From Candidatus Hadarchaeota archaeon (GTDB taxonomy: Archaea; CAYQAE01; CAYVLA01): a DNA stretch of 19,073 bases. Positions 16,089 to 19,073 of the stretch are shown here, piece after piece. The notes under the pieces were generated by a model. The model was not told where the DNA came from, searched no databases, and saw only the letters and a program-made list of their open reading frames with translations. The stretch's first letter is position 1. The number at the start of each line of letters is the position of its first letter. The DNA is taken from assembly GCA_964452145.1 (NCBI GenBank), contig CAYVLA010000013.1, positions 27,733 to 46,805 of the forward strand, written 5' to 3'. Made by a program: the position numbers and the translations under genes.

Positions 16089-17477
16089 ATGAGCAGCGAG
16101 AAGGTATACAACACAGTATCCGAGGTGGCCGGACCTCTCATAGTGGTGAAGGATGTCTCCGGCGTGGGGTACAACGAGGTGGTCGAGGTCCGCACGCCTT
16201 CAGGCGAGCAGAGGAGGGGACAGGTGCTGGAGGTGGGGGAGGACCTGGCCGTGGTGATGGTTTTCGAGGGGACGGAGGGCATCGACACGCATCAGACGAG
16301 CGTTAGATTTGCAGGGGAAAGCCTCATGCTCCCCGTCTCCATGGAGCTGGTCGGGCGTGTATTTGACGGGTTGGGCCGTCCCCTTGACGGTGGCCCTGAG
16401 ATCGTAGCCGAAAACAGGCTCGACATAAACGGCTCGCCGATGAATCCGGTTGCTCGGGAGTATCCCGAGGAGTTCATTCAGACCGGTATCTCAGCCATAG
16501 ACGGGATGAACACGCTGGTCCGGGGCCAGAAGCTCCCGATCTTCTCGGCCTCAGGCCTGCCCCACAACGACATCGCGGCCCAGATAGCCAGGCAATCCAC
16601 GGTCCTCGGGGTGGAAGAGGAGTTCGCCGTCGTCTTCGCGGCCATGGGGATCACGTATGAGGAGGCGAGCTTCTTCAGAAAGGACTTCGAGAAGACGGGG
16701 GCCATGGAGAGGATCGTCATGTTCCTGAATCTGGCGGACGACCCCGCCATCGAGAGGATCATCACACCGAGGATGGCCCTCACGGCGGCCGAGTACCTGG
16801 CCTTCGAAAACGAAATGCACGTCCTGGTCATCAGGACGGATATGACCAACTACTGCGAGAGCGTTCGCGAGATATCCGCGGCCAGGGAGGAGGTTCCCGG
16901 ACGGAGGGGTTATCCGGGCTATATGTATACGGACCTGGCCACGACCTACGAACGGGCCGGGAGGATAAAGGGAAAGAAGGGCAGCATCACCCAGATACCG
17001 ATCCTGACCATGCCTGACGATGATATTACCCATCCCATACCCGATCTGACGGGGTACATCACCGAGGGCCAGATCGTGCTGTCGAGGGGCCTGCATCGGA
17101 TGGGCATCTATCCTCCGATCGATGTGCTCCCGTCCCTCAGCAGACTCATGAAGCGAGGCATCGGGAAGGGCCATACCAGGGAGGACCACTCCAACGTTCA
17201 GAACCAGCTCTATGCCTCCTACGGGGAGGGAAGGGATCTGGGGGATTTGGTTGCGGTCGTCGGAGAGGAGGCCTTGAGTCCTAGGGACAGGAAGTACCTG
17301 GAGTTCGCCCACCGCTTCGAAACGATCTTCCTCAATCAGGGCAGGTACGAGAACCGGAGCATAGAGACGACCCTGTCCAAGGCCTGGGAGATCCTCGCTA
17401 CACTTCCCAGAGATGAGTTGAAGAGGATCGAGGAGCGCTACATCGAGCGGTTCCTTCCCAAGGTGAACGCATCTTAG
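16089..17477 (+). CDS. atpB: A1AO ATP synthase subunit B
   Basis: [42 protein letters not shown] and [11 protein letters not shown]. Confidence 0.98.
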   Translation: MSSEKVYNTVSEVAGPLIVVKDVSGVGYNEVVEVRTPSGEQRRGQVLEVGEDLAVVMVFEGTEGIDTHQTSVRFAGESLMLPVSMELVGRVFDGLGRPLDGGPEIVAENRLDINGSPMNPVAREYPEEFIQTGISAIDGMNTLVRGQKLPIFSASGLPHNDIAAQIARQSTVLGVEEEFAVVFAAMGITYEEASFFRKDFEKTGAMERIVMFLNLADDPAIERIITPRMALTAAEYLAFENEMHVLVIRTDMTNYCESVREISAAREEVPGRRGYPGYMYTDLATTYERAGRIKGKKGSITQIPILTMPDDDITHPIPDLTGYITEGQIVLSRGLHRMGIYPPIDVLPSLSRLMKRGIGKGHTREDHSNVQNQLYASYGEGRDLGDLVAVVGEEALSPRDRKYLEFAHRFETIFLNQGRYENRSIETTLSKAWEILATLPRDELKRIEERYIERFLPKVNAS

Positions 17478-17490
17478 ATGGGGATCGGTT

Positions 17491-18138
17491 GTGGCTCGGC
17501 AGGTAATCGAGGGTCTGAAGCCGACTAGGATGGAACTGATCCGTCTGAAGGAGAGGGTCAAGCTAGCCGAGCGAGGCCGCGACCTCCTGAAGGAGAAGCG
17601 TGACGCACTTGTCCTCGAGTTCTTCGATGTCATGCGTTTGGTGAGGGAAGCCAGGGAGGCCGCCAACCGGGCGACGGCGAGGGCTCACCGTGCACTGTCG
17701 ATATGTTACGCGGCATTGGGCACGGCCGAGACTAGGCAGATATCCACCTATTCCAGGGGGAAACCGGAGACTTCCCTGGGGTCGAGGAACGTGATGGGGG
17801 TTGTGGTCCCGGTGCTGGAGTTCTCATCGTCCCGAAAGGGGCTGGTCGATCGTGGACAACCCCTTCTCGGCGGGTCCAGCCGGTTGGACGAGGCCTCGGG
17901 TGCGTTCGAGGAGGCACTGGATTCCATCCTGGGTCTCGCAACGGCCGAGGAACGGGCAAGGAGGATAGCCAGGGAGCTGGAGAAGACCAAGCGGAGGGTG
18001 AGCGCCCTGGACCATATCATAGTGCCCAAACTGCAGGCATCAATACGGCTGATCGAGGATAGGCTCGAGGAGCTGGAGCGCGAGAACTTCTCCAGGTTGA
18101 AGAGGATAAAGGCCCTCCTCGTATCGAAGCCGGGGTAG
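17491..18138 (+). CDS. atpD: A1AO ATP synthase subunit D
   Basis: KPTRMELIRLK, GRDLLKEKRDAL, KTKRRVSALD and LEELERENFSRLKRIK. Confidence 0.96.
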   Translation: MARQVIEGLKPTRMELIRLKERVKLAERGRDLLKEKRDALVLEFFDVMRLVREAREAANRATARAHRALSICYAALGTAETRQISTYSRGKPETSLGSRNVMGVVVPVLEFSSSRKGLVDRGQPLLGGSSRLDEASGAFEEALDSILGLATAEERARRIARELEKTKRRVSALDHIIVPKLQASIRLIEDRLEELERENFSRLKRIKALLVSKPG

Positions 18139-18156
18139 GATGGGGCCTTCGAAACA

Positions 18157-18162
18157 TTTTTT
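18157..18162 (+). terminator. Oligo-T tract, possible archaeal terminator of the atp operon
   Basis: TTTTTT about 19 nt after the atpD stop, in otherwise GC-rich DNA. Confidence 0.4.
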
Positions 18163-18229
18163 GATGCGCCCGGTCTCGCTATCCCGCCGGGAAGGAGACA
18201 GTGGCGTAATCGGCGAGGGGTCGTTTGAG

Positions 18230-18523
18230 ATGTCCGGGAGTACATCTTCCCAGGGAAGGATGGCTAGCTTCGTATTGGTAGTTGGCCCGGTGGCGAACCT
18301 GGCCCTGGCTTCCGGAGGCATTGCGGCCTTGATGATCTTCCTCGGGGTCGGCCCTGAACTGCTAGGGACCGCAGTCTTCGGGCTATACTTCGTGGGCTTG
18401 GCCGTGATCTACGCCGTGATGATCCCCGCCCTAAGAGAGCTGGGCGTCTGCAGGGTCTTTCAAGCGCTCCTAGTCCTGTTCGGATCCGTGTTCATAGTCT
18501 TCCTGGCTGCTCATCTGACTTGA
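18230..18523 (+). CDS. Hypothetical membrane protein (~97 aa, about 3 TM)
   Basis: Three hydrophobic stretches. The start is uncertain (ATG 18140, 18230 or 18260). Confidence 0.65.
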   Translation: MSGSTSSQGRMASFVLVVGPVANLALASGGIAALMIFLGVGPELLGTAVFGLYFVGLAVIYAVMIPALRELGVCRVFQALLVLFGSVFIVFLAAHLT

Positions 18524-18534
18524 AGGTGGCGACG

Positions 18535-18966
18535 ATGGTTTCGACAGCCTACGATCTGGCGACGGCCTATGATCTGAGCCGCAGGGAACTGGCCTTCTGC
18601 AATGCCAAGGATCCCGTCCGCAGAGTGGCCCGCGAGTTCTATATTAGGGGGATAGGATCCATGATCGTTGTGTCGGGAAAGGAGCATATCGGCTTCGTTA
18701 CCGATTGTGCGATCTTCCGCGCCCTCTCCGAAGGGGCCGACCTCTTGAAAGCAAAGGTCGAAGACCTCAAGCTCGATCCCCTGATCACGGTCAGGAGGGA
18801 TGCGCCTCTATCAGAGGTGGCCAGCCTGTTCGACGGGTCGGAGGCCAGCCGCATTGCGGTTATAGATGACGAGGGCAAGGTCGTCGGTGTTGTGAAGCGG
18901 AAGAACCTGGATCTCCTGGACAGGTTCAGGATCGTGGATCGCGTCTTGGATCGTACTAGGTCCTGA
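18535..18966 (+). CDS. Stand-alone CBS-pair (Bateman domain) protein
   Basis: GIGSMIVV...IGFVTD and ITVRRDAPLSEVASL...IAVIDDEGKVVGVV. SD-like AAGGTGG precedes ATG 18535 (TTG 18520 is an alternative). Confidence 0.88.
   Translation: MVSTAYDLATAYDLSRRELAFCNAKDPVRRVAREFYIRGIGSMIVVSGKEHIGFVTDCAIFRALSEGADLLKAKVEDLKLDPLITVRRDAPLSEVASLFDGSEASRIAVIDDEGKVVGVVKRKNLDLLDRFRIVDRVLDRTRS
18542..18577 (+). repeat. 18-bp imperfect tandem duplication (TAYDL x2)
   Basis: cgacagcctacgatctgg / cgacggcctatgatctga. Confidence 0.75.
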
Positions 18967-19072
18967 CGGCCCGGGCCTCTAGACTTCTCTCGGCATCCCG
19001 GTTCTTGATCACGTAGTACATGATGGGGTTCCTGATCCTGCGGCAGAGGGGGTCGGGGTTGCAAAGGGAGGG
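18956..19072 (-). CDS. priL: C-terminal end of a probable DNA primase large subunit (partial, runs off the window); not in the ORF track
   Basis: Hand translation: ...PSLCNPDPLCRRIRNPIMYYVIKNRDAERSLEARAVRT*. LCxPDxLCxxIxNPxxYY resembles the end of the PriL Fe-S domain. Only 38 residues are visible. Confidence 0.75.
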   Translation of the reverse strand, partial: PSLCNPDPLCRRIRNPIMYYVIKNRDAERSLEARAVRT

Positions 19073-19073
19073 G

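Noticed and set aside
14557..17666. 370- and 371-aa antisense ORFs opposite atpA and atpB
   Set aside because: Codon-bias shadows of highly conserved genes.
18639..19064. 141-aa minus-strand ORF in the track
   Set aside because: Mostly antisense to the CBS gene. The plausible coding frame at the window end is the different, priL-like frame.

Overview
GC-rich archaeal (Euryarchaeota-like, possibly Thermococci-related; inference) chromosomal window. Bases 20-2015 are a complete IS66-family element with perfect 14-bp terminal inverted repeats. It carries a 58-aa DUF2080-like gene missed by the ORF track (195-371) and a DDE transposase. The small gene sits behind a TATA box overlaid by a tandem palindromic site and ends in CCC-TGA, one base out of frame with the transposase. 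The element has no target-site duplication and supplies the last base of the trmI stop codon. The rest is housekeeping: trmI (-), divergent from satP-acs (acetate uptake and activation); a tightly coupled secF-secD-trkA-atpK-H-I-E-C-F-A-B-D run encoding an A1AO ATP synthase with a Na+-signature, 4-helix c subunit and atpK moved to the front; a small membrane protein; a CBS-pair protein; and the 3' end of a convergent priL-like gene. All family assignments come from recognising motifs by eye, not from database searches.
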